64,000 nt of DNA from a phage. A program made the position numbers and the translations under genes. The stretch lies in NCBI GenBank assembly GCA_033286805.1, contig GCA_033286805.1_4727.1. The stretch is one strand, 5' to 3'. The notes under the pieces were generated by a model. That model saw nothing but the letters and a program-made list of their open reading frames with translations, did no database searches and was not told where the DNA came from. Below are positions 36,948-46,540 of the stretch, in pieces; the first letter of the stretch is position 1; every line of letters starts with the position of its first letter.

Positions 36948-38042
36948 ATGTTTCGTGTTTTAAATAACCTCCCGCGAACATCATCGGGTGTGCAACCCGT
37001 CCCTCAGAAAGACTATCTAATACGTGAAGTTCAAAGAAACCTACAGACAATCCAGAACCACTATCAAGGTTTTACCTTCGCGGTTCAGAGCGATCACATC
37101 CTTGCATTGCTGCTCGCACAGCTCCCTATGAGATACGACATCTCAGTACAAACTTACTACGACATGATTCTCGATCTTACGCCAGAATTGGGTAATCGTG
37201 TCAAGTTGACAACATCAAGATACGCGGGTAAGTTATTCGACGGTGCTTTCTATCCGGGATTGCACGAAGCTATTATCGCAACCGGTGAAAGTCGTCTTAT
37301 TTCACGTGATGTTCTTGACAACTGGCGTAATTGGTCACCAGTTAGAATCGTGACGCACCCATACGCAAATCTTCGTTACATTCCTCTTCACCAAAAGCAG
37401 GTTGAAGAAGGACGAGGTTTTGCGGTCATTATGGTTGACGTACCTTTATTAGCGCTACAGTATCGAATGTGGTCTTTGGTCATGGGTCATAACGTCGACG
37501 GTAAATGGGTGGTTAAAGAACCGGTTACAAGCTTCCTTGCGAGTTTTCCGTTGGTTAACGTATTATACTCACACAACGATGTTGTTATACGTAATCGTTG
37601 TTTGTGGGTATCTCCGGCTAAGAATCCACTCAAATCACCAATTTACGTTAACGACCTTGATAACGTATTCAGCCAAGTCGTTCTGTCCGTACAGCATCAT
37701 TTATTACGAAGAAGACGAAGCTACACCGACATGCTTAAACAGATACCGAGTTTATACGGGGATCAGTACCAAGCAACCCGGATGGGCTATACCGTCGATC
37801 TTCGACAAACACGATGGGCAAGGGATCTGGGTTGTCTGTCATTATGGCAACAACTCGTCACACTACAAAACGTATCTGAAAGCGTCGGGTTCAGCAGTCA
37901 AATCGATAACGACCTGTATCGTGCCGCCGACCGAAGTCTAAAAGAAGGTAACTGGGAATCCTCTCCGTTACCTGGCGATTTAAGACGTGAAGTTATCGCA
38001 CAGGTTGCCGACCTCTTAAAAATTCTTCCTGCTGGTACATAA
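36948..38042 (+). CDS. hypothetical protein (364 aa)
   Basis: ATG with ACGGAG SD; convergent with 38109..40262, hairpin between. Confidence 0.55.
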   Translation: MFRVLNNLPRTSSGVQPVPQKDYLIREVQRNLQTIQNHYQGFTFAVQSDHILALLLAQLPMRYDISVQTYYDMILDLTPELGNRVKLTTSRYAGKLFDGAFYPGLHEAIIATGESRLISRDVLDNWRNWSPVRIVTHPYANLRYIPLHQKQVEEGRGFAVIMVDVPLLALQYRMWSLVMGHNVDGKWVVKEPVTSFLASFPLVNVLYSHNDVVIRNRCLWVSPAKNPLKSPIYVNDLDNVFSQVVLSVQHHLLRRRRSYTDMLKQIPSLYGDQYQATRMGYTVDLRQTRWARDLGCLSLWQQLVTLQNVSESVGFSSQIDNDLYRAADRSLKEGNWESSPLPGDLRREVIAQVADLLKILPAGT

Positions 38043-38046
38043 TCAC

Positions 38047-38090
38047 CTCCCTCTTCCCTTGCATCCTCCCAACCCGTAAGGGAAGGGAGG
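38047..38090. terminator. extended imperfect hairpin between convergent genes
   Basis: tccctcttccct / agggaagggagg arms. Confidence 0.4.
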
Positions 38091-38108
38091 ATGGGGTGGT
38101 GGATTATG

Positions 38109-40262
38109 TTACTCTGCGGTTTCTCGCTTCGGTAAATAACTTGCTGCGATGTCTTGGGCCAACAATGTATTGTTTTTATTCGAGATGAAAATACCGTAAC
38201 TTTCCATTAACGCGTAATACGAACGCACGAGCGTAGAGATCAATCGACGAATATCCATACCTTGAATAAAGATATCGGGAAGCCCGGAGGCTTCGATCAC
38301 CGGTAATGGTATCGTTAAGTTGCTTATCGTTTTCTTATCGTTACGTACAATCCAATCACGGAAACGTTGTTGTAACCCTTTATCCTCCCAGGAATCAATC
38401 CAATCGTTAAGAAGCGTTTTGTTCTTCGTCGCCAACGGCACACGAACCCCAACATAGGGTGGTTCCTGGCAATGGCCGTACGATTGAGCAAACACCTCTT
38501 CCCACATATCGTAAGACTGTTTCGTTACTGCAACATGCGGTTTCACTTTAACACGTGTTAAGAAATCAGGATCACCACGTTTCATGGACTCAACGATTTC
38601 GTTTTCTAACGAGATAATATCATCAAGAACCAATCGAATGCTGATCTTCTCATTACGTAACAGCTTATCCATGATACCACACATCATGCGTTCAACACGT
38701 TTGACGATCATTTTTGGTGCTGACGCATCGCGCATAACCGGACCTTTCAATTCCAGCTTCGGTGGATTGATAGGAACCCCCTCACGCATGGTCATGTAAC
38801 CGTAATAGTTTTTACCCATCGAGGTTAACGACAGAATCAAGAACATATATTCGTTCTTCATTTCCATTACGTACATATGCTCTTTCGCCACACCGATATT
38901 ACCAGAACACATCGCCATCAGATGGACTGTAATCTGCGTAACCAGATAGATAAGCGTGTTTGCTAAGCGCGTCGAAACTGGATTGATCTCCATATTTCCA
39001 AATCGCCACTGAACCCACTCCTGGCAGGTAAACACCGTCGAGTCGGTATCAGACAACACGCCCACTTCACGGATTGCTGATGGGAAAGCATAAACACCAG
39101 CCGGTTGGTTCTCGGTACGCCAGAACGCCATAATCAAATCAGCATAGCTTTGAATACGCTGTAGCATTAATTTTGTCGTTGCTGCAGTAAGACGATAACC
39201 AAGCTCATTTCCTTTTTCTAGCGCTACGTAAATCGCTTCCCCATTCAAGAACTCCGTACATTGTGCTGTAATCCAAGCGACCGTGTTGTTATCCATGGAA
39301 GCAATAATGGCTTTAGCCTCTTCCATCGTTTCAACAGGTTCGGATGCCAGCTCGCATAACGAATCAAGAAAATCTCGAACAAATTCAGGATTAAGCTCAC
39401 GTAACGAGTACAGGTTATTGCTGTACATGTAGCAGGCGCGTTCCAGTGGGGTTAAACCGGTAATTAACTCCCGGATAGTCAGTTCTTTCTCTGGGTCGAA
39501 AGTATACCGATGCAAGCATTTCGATACGTTAGCCCAAACCTCTTCCGGCGTAGGGTAATGTAGTTTGTATTTTACCATTACCTGTTCAATGGCTTTACGA
39601 TCGCTGTTGCGGACAATACTCACGATGTTTTCAATTGCGATATCACAATCGTAATAATGGAAATTGCCCGCAAGGAAGCGTTCGTTGTTCGCATTGGCTG
39701 AACCTGAAGCACAGCGACATGTTGTCGTTAAACTTGGATGTGCGATCGGATTATAAAAAGGGTTAAACTTGGACGCCTGGGTTCCTGACAAACTGTTGTT
39801 ATCTAACTTGGTGTTGGTTTGTCGTTTATCGTGTAACTCAGCTTCATCTTTACGTCCGTGTGCTTGTGCTATCGACATTTGTTTCTTTTGTTTCTTACGC
39901 AACTTACCGTTTTCAACCGCGAAATCGCTTAGCACACTGGAACGTGTTTCACGTGGATAACAGTTAGCCCATACCGGCGTGATAATTAAATTATTTTCTT
40001 TAATATCATTGAAGTATTGGCTGAACTTAATGACTTCTTTTTCTCGATTTCCTTCGGTACGCTGTGTTAATACAAGACAGTCGGGATCAACCATCCCGTA
40101 TTTTCCACCGGGACGAACCGTATCAAGGACAAACTGTAACGCTTCCTGCTGTGATATCCCACGCATGCGCATTAAGAACAGGGTATAATCCTGTACCGCT
40201 TCTTTGGTCATATCCAACGTACGACCATATCCGTTTTCATCGTAAAAGAACGGATTTTCCAT
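38109..40262 (-). CDS. large hypothetical protein (717 aa); function unassigned
   Basis: Long ORF with GGAGG SD; contains LSDTDS and KNYYGY motifs but in the wrong order for a family-B polymerase. Confidence 0.6.
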   Translation of the reverse strand: MENPFFYDENGYGRTLDMTKEAVQDYTLFLMRMRGISQQEALQFVLDTVRPGGKYGMVDPDCLVLTQRTEGNREKEVIKFSQYFNDIKENNLIITPVWANCYPRETRSSVLSDFAVENGKLRKKQKKQMSIAQAHGRKDEAELHDKRQTNTKLDNNSLSGTQASKFNPFYNPIAHPSLTTTCRCASGSANANNERFLAGNFHYYDCDIAIENIVSIVRNSDRKAIEQVMVKYKLHYPTPEEVWANVSKCLHRYTFDPEKELTIRELITGLTPLERACYMYSNNLYSLRELNPEFVRDFLDSLCELASEPVETMEEAKAIIASMDNNTVAWITAQCTEFLNGEAIYVALEKGNELGYRLTAATTKLMLQRIQSYADLIMAFWRTENQPAGVYAFPSAIREVGVLSDTDSTVFTCQEWVQWRFGNMEINPVSTRLANTLIYLVTQITVHLMAMCSGNIGVAKEHMYVMEMKNEYMFLILSLTSMGKNYYGYMTMREGVPINPPKLELKGPVMRDASAPKMIVKRVERMMCGIMDKLLRNEKISIRLVLDDIISLENEIVESMKRGDPDFLTRVKVKPHVAVTKQSYDMWEEVFAQSYGHCQEPPYVGVRVPLATKNKTLLNDWIDSWEDKGLQQRFRDWIVRNDKKTISNLTIPLPVIEASGLPDIFIQGMDIRRLISTLVRSYYALMESYGIFISNKNNTLLAQDIAASYLPKRETAE

Positions 40263-40337
40263 AAATCCTCCAAAAGTTATTTAGTCTGTCTACATCATCT
40301 CGTATATCTGTTAAAAAAGAAGGACGGCATAAAAAAG

Positions 40338-40365
40338 AACCGATCCAGCCGAAGCCAGATCGGTT
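40338..40365 (-). terminator. intrinsic terminator: 12-bp stem, UUCG tetraloop, U-tract then TTTATGCCG
   Basis: minus-sense aaccgatctggc-ttcg-gctggatcggtt with two G-U wobbles that are valid only on the minus-sense RNA. Confidence 0.65.
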
Positions 40366-40561
40366 AAAAAAGGATAATAACTGACAGAAAGATATCGATG
40401 ATGTTCGTGAAACAAGATCTTCTCTCGTGTACAATGATGCTAGATCAGAGGGAGGTTGTAACACGAGAGGTGGTCCGCCAAAGAAGGAATAAAAACACGA
40501 ACCTATCTTATTTCACTGATGGCACTAACCACTCAAAATATATAGTACCGTATGTAAAAGT

Positions 40562-40975
40562 TTACTGATTAATCAAGTCGTTAGCAACAATCTTGGTGTA
40601 ACCTGCTTGATTAAGAATTTGATTAATTTTCGTCACGTCGGTCGCATCCTCAATAACGATGCTGGGTTTATAGATCAGCGTCTTGGTAACGACGATTGTA
40701 CTCTCCTTAATCCAAGGAATCCCTAGAATCACATACTCACCATCGGCTGTAATGACCTCGACGTAATTGTATTTCGTCGGATCGTTCGGTACACTAGACG
40801 GGAGCCGGGAATAAATCTGTTGGTGAATGGCATCTACATCACGACCGTTACGTACAGCTGTGCGATAATTGTACACAGCGCTAATTTCTACTCCGTTGAA
40901 GTTAACCCCAAGTTCTGGGGCGTACACATCAAAACTCACAACAGAGCCAATCTTTTCTAAATCAGAAGCTGGCAT
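40562..40975 (-). CDS. hypothetical protein (137 aa)
   Basis: ATG with AAGGA SD. Confidence 0.5.
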   Translation of the reverse strand: MPASDLEKIGSVVSFDVYAPELGVNFNGVEISAVYNYRTAVRNGRDVDAIHQQIYSRLPSSVPNDPTKYNYVEVITADGEYVILGIPWIKESTIVVTKTLIYKPSIVIEDATDVTKINQILNQAGYTKIVANDLINQ

Positions 40976-40990
40976 AATAGCATCCTTTAT

Positions 40991-41386
40991 TTAAAAAATG
41001 TATTCATATCCGAAAGTCGTCGCTGACCAGACCCGGATAGATGATAGTGTTCCGCCACGATAAAACGTTTTTGTGAATTCCATATCCTGGACAACACGAT
41101 AATAAACACGTCCGATAATACGTACGATAAGGTTTCGTGATAACGATCTCTCCTCGCAGTATTCATCGATAAAGTCATCGTCGATATCCGATAAGACAAC
41201 ATCCGCAATTTCTTGCAGTAGATTCCTCATCAGCATCTGCCTTCCTTCGGTACCCCACCCAGACAAACAGTAATCGTCTTCTGCCTGACTATAGATGTCG
41301 TTAACCGCCTGTTCGAGCAGTTGCTCAAGATAGTAGTCATCGCGTTTTATAACGTGGCGACGGCGCTCAGTGGCGTATTTTTCCAT
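40991..41386 (-). CDS. hypothetical protein (about 131 aa; start uncertain, track start 41509)
   Basis: Overlaps 41347..41835 in another frame. Confidence 0.35.
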   Translation of the reverse strand: MEKYATERRRHVIKRDDYYLEQLLEQAVNDIYSQAEDDYCLSGWGTEGRQMLMRNLLQEIADVVLSDIDDDFIDEYCEERSLSRNLIVRIIGRVYYRVVQDMEFTKTFYRGGTLSSIRVWSATTFGYEYIF

Positions 41387-41835
41387 CCTGTGTTTCTCTT
41401 GTTCGGCGTATGTATTAACGACGCCACAGTCTTTTCTGGATCGTCCCACAATGCACGACGAAAACTGGATACTACCATAACGGTAGGATAGATTTGTACA
41501 ACCTCCCATCCGTAACGATGTGCGTTAGTCGTACGTCCGACATTGAACAGACATAGCTGATTTAAGAAACAGAGCTGCATCTTCGTAAATAACACCATGT
41601 CTTCACGTTTAACGTATCCGAGGATATACGCATTCTCGAACGCCTCGCGCGACAAGACGGGACGATTAAGATACCGCAACGACAGTACCAACAACGTTGT
41701 TATACGCAACGGATCTTCTGGGTCATTCATGGTGCTCAGCTCTGCTTGTAACCAGTCAGGGATAGTAACCGTCAGACGATAGGTATCTGTTCCACGATCA
41801 ACCACATTCAATGTTGAAAAAGGCAACATATCCAT
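41347..41835 (-). CDS. hypothetical protein (162 aa)
   Basis: ATG with GAAGGA SD. Confidence 0.45.
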   Translation of the reverse strand: MDMLPFSTLNVVDRGTDTYRLTVTIPDWLQAELSTMNDPEDPLRITTLLVLSLRYLNRPVLSREAFENAYILGYVKREDMVLFTKMQLCFLNQLCLFNVGRTTNAHRYGWEVVQIYPTVMVVSSFRRALWDDPEKTVASLIHTPNKRNTGWKNTPLSAVATL

Positions 41836-42292
41836 GAATTCCTTCTAGCTCGAGGTTATTCTCGCCCGTCTTCGGTAATAACCCACTGGCCGTTAACATC
41901 TGCGTCATCGAGTAGTCAAAGCACGGAAATATCAGGTTAACGGTTTCCTGGATCGCGTCAACATAACTATAAATGGCTTCATAATACTCACCGTCATGAT
42001 CTACACTAACCAGTTCCTGACACAGTTCTTCGCTTATCATTTCATATACCGGTGGATACCATGATTGAAATGGTCGCTGCATACGTAACGACCAATACTC
42101 GTACGTCGTATACTGAAGCACGTCGTAAGCCGATACGTTAATGCGGTCGAAGAAAGCATACTTGTCCATATGCTGATACAACATCGCCAGCACGGTTTCC
42201 AAGCACACCGATATCCGCACGCCGTCATCTTTCCCGTTAAGAAAATTAGGTTTCTGCCGATAACGCACAAATGCCGACGGCTTTGATTGCAT
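41798..42292 (-). CDS. hypothetical protein (about 164 aa)
   Basis: Start moved to ATG 42292 in a TAATG stop-start junction with the upstream gene. Confidence 0.45.
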   Translation of the reverse strand: MQSKPSAFVRYRQKPNFLNGKDDGVRISVCLETVLAMLYQHMDKYAFFDRINVSAYDVLQYTTYEYWSLRMQRPFQSWYPPVYEMISEELCQELVSVDHDGEYYEAIYSYVDAIQETVNLIFPCFDYSMTQMLTASGLLPKTGENNLELEGIHGYVAFFNIECG

Positions 42293-42777
42293 TATTCCAC
42301 CACCAACCATAACGTCATACTCGTATCTAACGTAAAATTGAAATGCCACCAATCTTCTACACGTGGAATCCACGTACGAAGGATTTGGTTAACTTCGCTT
42401 CGCATCACCGATAAACGACAACGAAAATCGAACTTCTCATCATGACCGTAGTCTTCATGCATGAAAACTTCATCCAAAACGAACTCAAGTTGCATGTCGA
42501 CATCACGACCAGAGATATTCCGTTTGTACAAATACAACTCAATCGTGTCGTAAAGCAACGTATGAATATCATAATTTCCGTTCGGTGAGAAATAAGGTAA
42601 TCGCTCATCGAACATCGAAAACAGATATTCGCTGTAGTTTAATAACGGGATGATGTACCGACGCCCTGTCTGTGGTGTGCGAATATGTATCGAAACCTGA
42701 CTTGGGCGCGGAATAACCGACGGCTTAGAATCGTCTCTCTGAAATTGCTCTAAAGATCGCAACAAAGGTGGCCGCAT
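42292..42777 (-). CDS. hypothetical protein (about 161 aa)
   Basis: Start moved to ATG 42777 with GGAGAG SD. Confidence 0.45.
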   Translation of the reverse strand: MRPPLLRSLEQFQRDDSKPSVIPRPSQVSIHIRTPQTGRRYIIPLLNYSEYLFSMFDERLPYFSPNGNYDIHTLLYDTIELYLYKRNISGRDVDMQLEFVLDEVFMHEDYGHDEKFDFRCRLSVMRSEVNQILRTWIPRVEDWWHFNFTLDTSMTLWLVVE

Positions 42778-43021
42778 TGTAACTCTCCAACGCCCAATTG
42801 TAAGGCCCTTCCAACATGTGTTCCCATACGTGAATAAACTCACTACCGAAGACAGGCTCTAGCGCCATAGTGAGATTCGTAAGTTCTGACGCGGCCGCAT
42901 GGTAAGCATCAACATGTCTTTCCATTGACGGATCGTCTTCATTGAAAATACGTTCTGTATCGCCAGCGCGCTCAATAAGTTCGGTAATGAGATCTGTCCA
43001 TGTCTCGTGACACGTCATCAT
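42725..43021 (-). CDS. hypothetical protein, or the C-terminal part of a frameshifted 42725..43949 gene
   Basis: Protein-like sequence begins upstream of the first plausible ATG, inside the overlap with 42972..43949. Confidence 0.3.
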   Translation of the reverse strand: MMTCHETWTDLITELIERAGDTERIFNEDDPSMERHVDAYHAAASELTNLTMALEPVFGSEFIHVWEHMLEGPYNWALESYNAATFVAIFRAISERRF

Positions 43022-43949
43022 TTCCTGTTCTCGACTTAGTATGCCGATGTCTGCGTGGACGCTGGACTCGAACCGGTCTAAAAGGACCCGAAGAACGTGC
43101 ACCTTGTCGATGTATTTCACCGTTATCCAAGAAAGCGGTTGCCACCGACTCAGCATCCATCCGGTACTCGGGAACCCCAAACTCATATAGTACGGGTTGC
43201 ACCGGACCGAAGACGGAGCGACGTTGTTTAAATCGCTCCTTAAGGGCAAGGCCTTGTTTAATATAAACGGGTTCATTGGCGAGTTGTTCCGCTTTTCGTT
43301 TTGCGTGAGCCAATCGAAGTTCTTCCAATTGCCCAAGCCATTCAAATTGTTCATCTGTTAGCTCCTGGGGACGTTCAACAATCGCGCCAGACGGGCAGAT
43401 ATTGATCGTAATGTTAATTGACGGCATCGCCATCACTCGAGGATTACTATTACGTACGCGGACAACGTGTTCGGTTGCTGATTTACGATCGACGCAATAC
43501 TCTGTTTCTTGGAACTCAAATGCTTTTAACGGCGCTGGTTTTGTTTGACGTTTAGGAACGCGACCAAGATCAACAATATAGGCATAATCGCACACACGTT
43601 CTATTCCGTAAATACGGTTATCCGACCAGTTCTTACCAAACAGCTTGTTGTGATGATAAGACAAATATTCGGTTACCATACCCTGGACAACATCGAAGTC
43701 TTCTCGAAATTCGGGTTGGTACCAAATCGGGCCGAGAATATCTGCGAACGATTCATGACGATATCGAGGATCATGTCGAGTCCAGGTCATTCTCTGGTTA
43801 AGATCGAAATCCACCAACAACTCGGTTAATTGCAATTTTTCCTTCGGAGAAAGCTGGCGTTGATGATGCAAACTCAGGCAATCGATAAGCGGTAATGAAA
43901 CCCACGATGCTAATGTGTACAAATCGATCCTGGCTAATCTCTTGGTCAT
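42972..43949 (-). CDS. hypothetical protein (325 aa; Arg-rich C-terminal ~50 aa may be out of frame)
   Basis: Protein-like until about 43127, then Arg-rich tail; the +1 frame becomes protein-like at the same point. Confidence 0.45.
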   Translation of the reverse strand: MTKRLARIDLYTLASWVSLPLIDCLSLHHQRQLSPKEKLQLTELLVDFDLNQRMTWTRHDPRYRHESFADILGPIWYQPEFREDFDVVQGMVTEYLSYHHNKLFGKNWSDNRIYGIERVCDYAYIVDLGRVPKRQTKPAPLKAFEFQETEYCVDRKSATEHVVRVRNSNPRVMAMPSINITINICPSGAIVERPQELTDEQFEWLGQLEELRLAHAKRKAEQLANEPVYIKQGLALKERFKQRRSVFGPVQPVLYEFGVPEYRMDAESVATAFLDNGEIHRQGARSSGPFRPVRVQRPRRHRHTKSRTGNDDVSRDMDRSHYRTY

Positions 43950-44040
43950 ACTCTTTTCCTAAGTCCCCATTGTTTATACACACGATATCTGGGAATAGTT
44001 AAAATATACGGCGTAAAACGAAGCAGGAGAGTTTCTGACG

Positions 44041-44361
44041 TCATTTTCTCCCTCTTCGAATACCACCGATACCTCTTTCGTCTAAGACGTCCCAAGCACG
44101 CTTTATTTCATCCTCCGTTGCTCTGGTATCTGGAGGGACAACCATAACACAGTCGTGGAATGGCCAATGTGTAGGTCTGGGGTTAGCGAACAAATCATCC
44201 CATTCAAATGTCCATTCTTTCTTTGAGCGATTGTAGTAGAGCGTAAGGTACGTGTTGGTATACGCCGGATAACCGCGCATAACTTCAATATCCTTACGAT
44301 CTTGCCGTTCCTGATTCCAATCGTTAAACCGCTTTCTTATTTTCTCCCACCACTTTCCCAT
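44041..44361 (-). CDS. hypothetical protein (106 aa)
   Basis: ATG with AGGAG SD directly after terminator 44385..44404. Confidence 0.55.
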   Translation of the reverse strand: MGKWWEKIRKRFNDWNQERQDRKDIEVMRGYPAYTNTYLTLYYNRSKKEWTFEWDDLFANPRPTHWPFHDCVMVVPPDTRATEDEIKRAWDVLDERGIGGIRRGRK

Positions 44362-44384
44362 GCTTTCTCCTAGACGGCATAAAA

Positions 44385-44404
44385 GCCTGCCCCGAAGGAC
44401 AGGC
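44385..44404 (-). terminator. intrinsic terminator: 8-bp stem, UUCG tetraloop, TTTTATGCCG tail
   Basis: minus-sense gcctgtcc-ttcg-gggcaggc (one U-G wobble). Confidence 0.6.
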
Positions 44405-44414
44405 TCGATAGAAC

Positions 44415-44615
44415 TTAACGACCATCCAATTTCAATGAAGGATGGTTGACGATATGTGCGTGTTTTGCTGGGTCATATAGCTGATATGGAAAATAGCCAT
44501 GCCATTGACGGCCTTGGCATTTCGTACACAGGAACTGACCAACACCTTGTCGATTCTCGTAAGCGAGTTCGGTACTATCAACATGTCCGCAACGTTCGCA
44601 GATAAACAGCGACAT
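44415..44615 (-). CDS. small zinc-ribbon protein (66 aa)
   Basis: CERCGH ... CTKCQG Cys pairs. Confidence 0.5.
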   Translation of the reverse strand: MSLFICERCGHVDSTELAYENRQGVGQFLCTKCQGRQWHGYFPYQLYDPAKHAHIVNHPSLKLDGR

Positions 44616-44652
44616 AGCGCATCCCCATTCACTTGAACCTTTTGGTTCGGCA

Positions 44653-45633
44653 TTAGAAAAGCAAGAAACCGCTATTCTTCGCTTCCGCTACAGTTTCGTC
44701 ACCAACTTTCGGTGCTTGTTGACGTGCGTTACGATGTTCGATGTAACGTTTCGCTTCGTCCGCGATCTGTTTGATAATACCCCCTAAACGATCGGTACTT
44801 AAAACAAACGACGTCGCTTCACGAATCGGGCTGCTTTCAGGCACAAAACCATCACAGCTATAAATAGCGCTAACACCCATGACTTTTGTCGCGTCTTTCG
44901 GATAAAGCGTACAGAAAGCAATCGGGCTATCGTTCTCTTTCGTCCAATCGTATCCCATGAACGTATTCAGTTCGGTGATCGTTGGTTCCAAACCGGTAAC
45001 ACGTGGATGGTTTAAGAAGTTTTCCAGGTCGGCGCTGTCAAGACGACGGTTCTCGCCAGAAAACAGAACACAAAGCTGGCTAATAACAACCTGGACGTCC
45101 AGGTTGACATCCTGCTCCGATTTCCCATTTTCGCCATTCATGTGATAGCTAACAATCACCGGACGTTTCAATCCTTCTGCGGCTGCCATCAGTCCTTTGA
45201 AGGTGCGATCGGCGTTGATCGTCTGGCGCTCATCATCGAACGAGGCAACGATACAACACACCACACGTTCACCGCGTTCCAGCAGGTTAGCAACCAACGC
45301 AGGACCGGCAACAGAACCTGAACCACCGCTCAAACTAAAGACCACGATATTAAATTTACCCGGCGTATGCTTATTGAGAATACCTGGGATTTGTGAACAG
45401 ATCAGTTCAGCGTTCTCATCACGCTTCTTACCAGAACCGTCTAACTCACGACCAGCTGCATCTTTAAAGATGTAAATATGATCGTCGCCCAGTGTGCTAT
45501 CGCGTAGGTTAGCGCGGCTGGTATCAACATACGTCATGCTGTGTAATCCTTTCGCGACTTCGCCTTCAAATGCTGAGCCGATTTCGCCACCACAACCACC
45601 GACAGCCCAAATATGTACTTGGTTCTCTTGCAT
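44653..45633 (-). CDS. phuZ: PhuZ-type phage tubulin (TubZ/FtsZ-like GTPase), 326 aa
   Basis: N-terminal nucleotide loop AVGGCGGEIG; tubulin signature-like SLSGGSGSVAGP (GGGTGSG family); strong AGGAG SD. Confidence 0.75.
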   Translation of the reverse strand: MQENQVHIWAVGGCGGEIGSAFEGEVAKGLHSMTYVDTSRANLRDSTLGDDHIYIFKDAAGRELDGSGKKRDENAELICSQIPGILNKHTPGKFNIVVFSLSGGSGSVAGPALVANLLERGERVVCCIVASFDDERQTINADRTFKGLMAAAEGLKRPVIVSYHMNGENGKSEQDVNLDVQVVISQLCVLFSGENRRLDSADLENFLNHPRVTGLEPTITELNTFMGYDWTKENDSPIAFCTLYPKDATKVMGVSAIYSCDGFVPESSPIREATSFVLSTDRLGGIIKQIADEAKRYIEHRNARQQAPKVGDETVAEAKNSGFLLF

Positions 45634-45697
45634 GTGAACTCCTAACTTAATATGTATTTAACGCACAATGAATCTTTCTTTGCTAAAGGGGTGACCC

Positions 45698-46540
45698 ATG
45701 GGTGCTATTGACTACAGTGTAGATCGTATCTGTCGTACAATACCGGCAGATATCCTACAGTATTGCTATATCGATCGTTACGACTGGCGTAATCGCTATC
45801 CTCGTTCCGTAGAAGACATCATTACCGATTGGGTAATCCGTAAACGGGTTATCGGCGACATCGATATATACGGGGGACTACAAACCGTTATCCCCCTTGA
45901 TGATGCCGGTGTCACTATCGAAGAAGTCACCATTAACTGTTATGTTTTCCACATCCCGTTGGAAGCCACACAGGGACGTTATATCACGTCTGCATTATCC
46001 ATTATTTCAGGGAGCGTGAACAACTACGGAATAAACTATAACGGGCAATGGGGTGCTTTCAACCAAACCCAGTTTCAACGTCAGCTTTGTGGGTGGAACC
46101 CTGCAAGCAACACGTTACAGCAGGGGATGAACGCGTTCGGTCCTATGAACGTTCTTAGTACAGCCAACGTTGATATCATCGCCCCTAACACCATCATGGT
46201 GAACAACGTCACGCCGGTACAATTTCCCCTGAGCCTACGTTGTTTCCTTGCCCACGATCCGGAACTTACTAACCTCAGCATGGAGGTTTGGAACGACTTC
46301 TACAAACTCTGTTTATACGCCACACAAAGTGACATCTATAACAGAACCGTTATCCGTCTCGATAGAGGTGTTACAGCACAAGGACAAGAAGTCGGTGCAT
46401 TCAAGGAATACATCGATCGCTTTGCCGATGCTGAAAACACATATCAGGAATTCCTCAACGAAACGTGGGCAGGCGTTGCCGCCTGGAACGATCCGCAAAC
46501 TAAACGTCGCGCCATTCGACTACAAACCGGTTACTTCTGA
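45698..46540 (+). CDS. hypothetical protein (280 aa)
   Basis: Divergent from phuZ; followed by plus-strand terminator 46554..46578. Confidence 0.55.
   Translation: MGAIDYSVDRICRTIPADILQYCYIDRYDWRNRYPRSVEDIITDWVIRKRVIGDIDIYGGLQTVIPLDDAGVTIEEVTINCYVFHIPLEATQGRYITSALSIISGSVNNYGINYNGQWGAFNQTQFQRQLCGWNPASNTLQQGMNAFGPMNVLSTANVDIIAPNTIMVNNVTPVQFPLSLRCFLAHDPELTNLSMEVWNDFYKLCLYATQSDIYNRTVIRLDRGVTAQGQEVGAFKEYIDRFADAENTYQEFLNETWAGVAAWNDPQTKRRAIRLQTGYF

Noticed and set aside
38109-40262. Calling this gene a family-B DNA polymerase
   Set aside because: The DTDS-like and KxxxxYG-like motifs are in reversed order and motif A and exonuclease motifs are absent.
43040-43062. tRNA-like T-arm sequence (minus-sense gaccggttcgagtcc)
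   Set aside because: Lies inside coding sequence, flanking sequence does not form acceptor or T stems; isolated GTTCGAGTCC-like match only.
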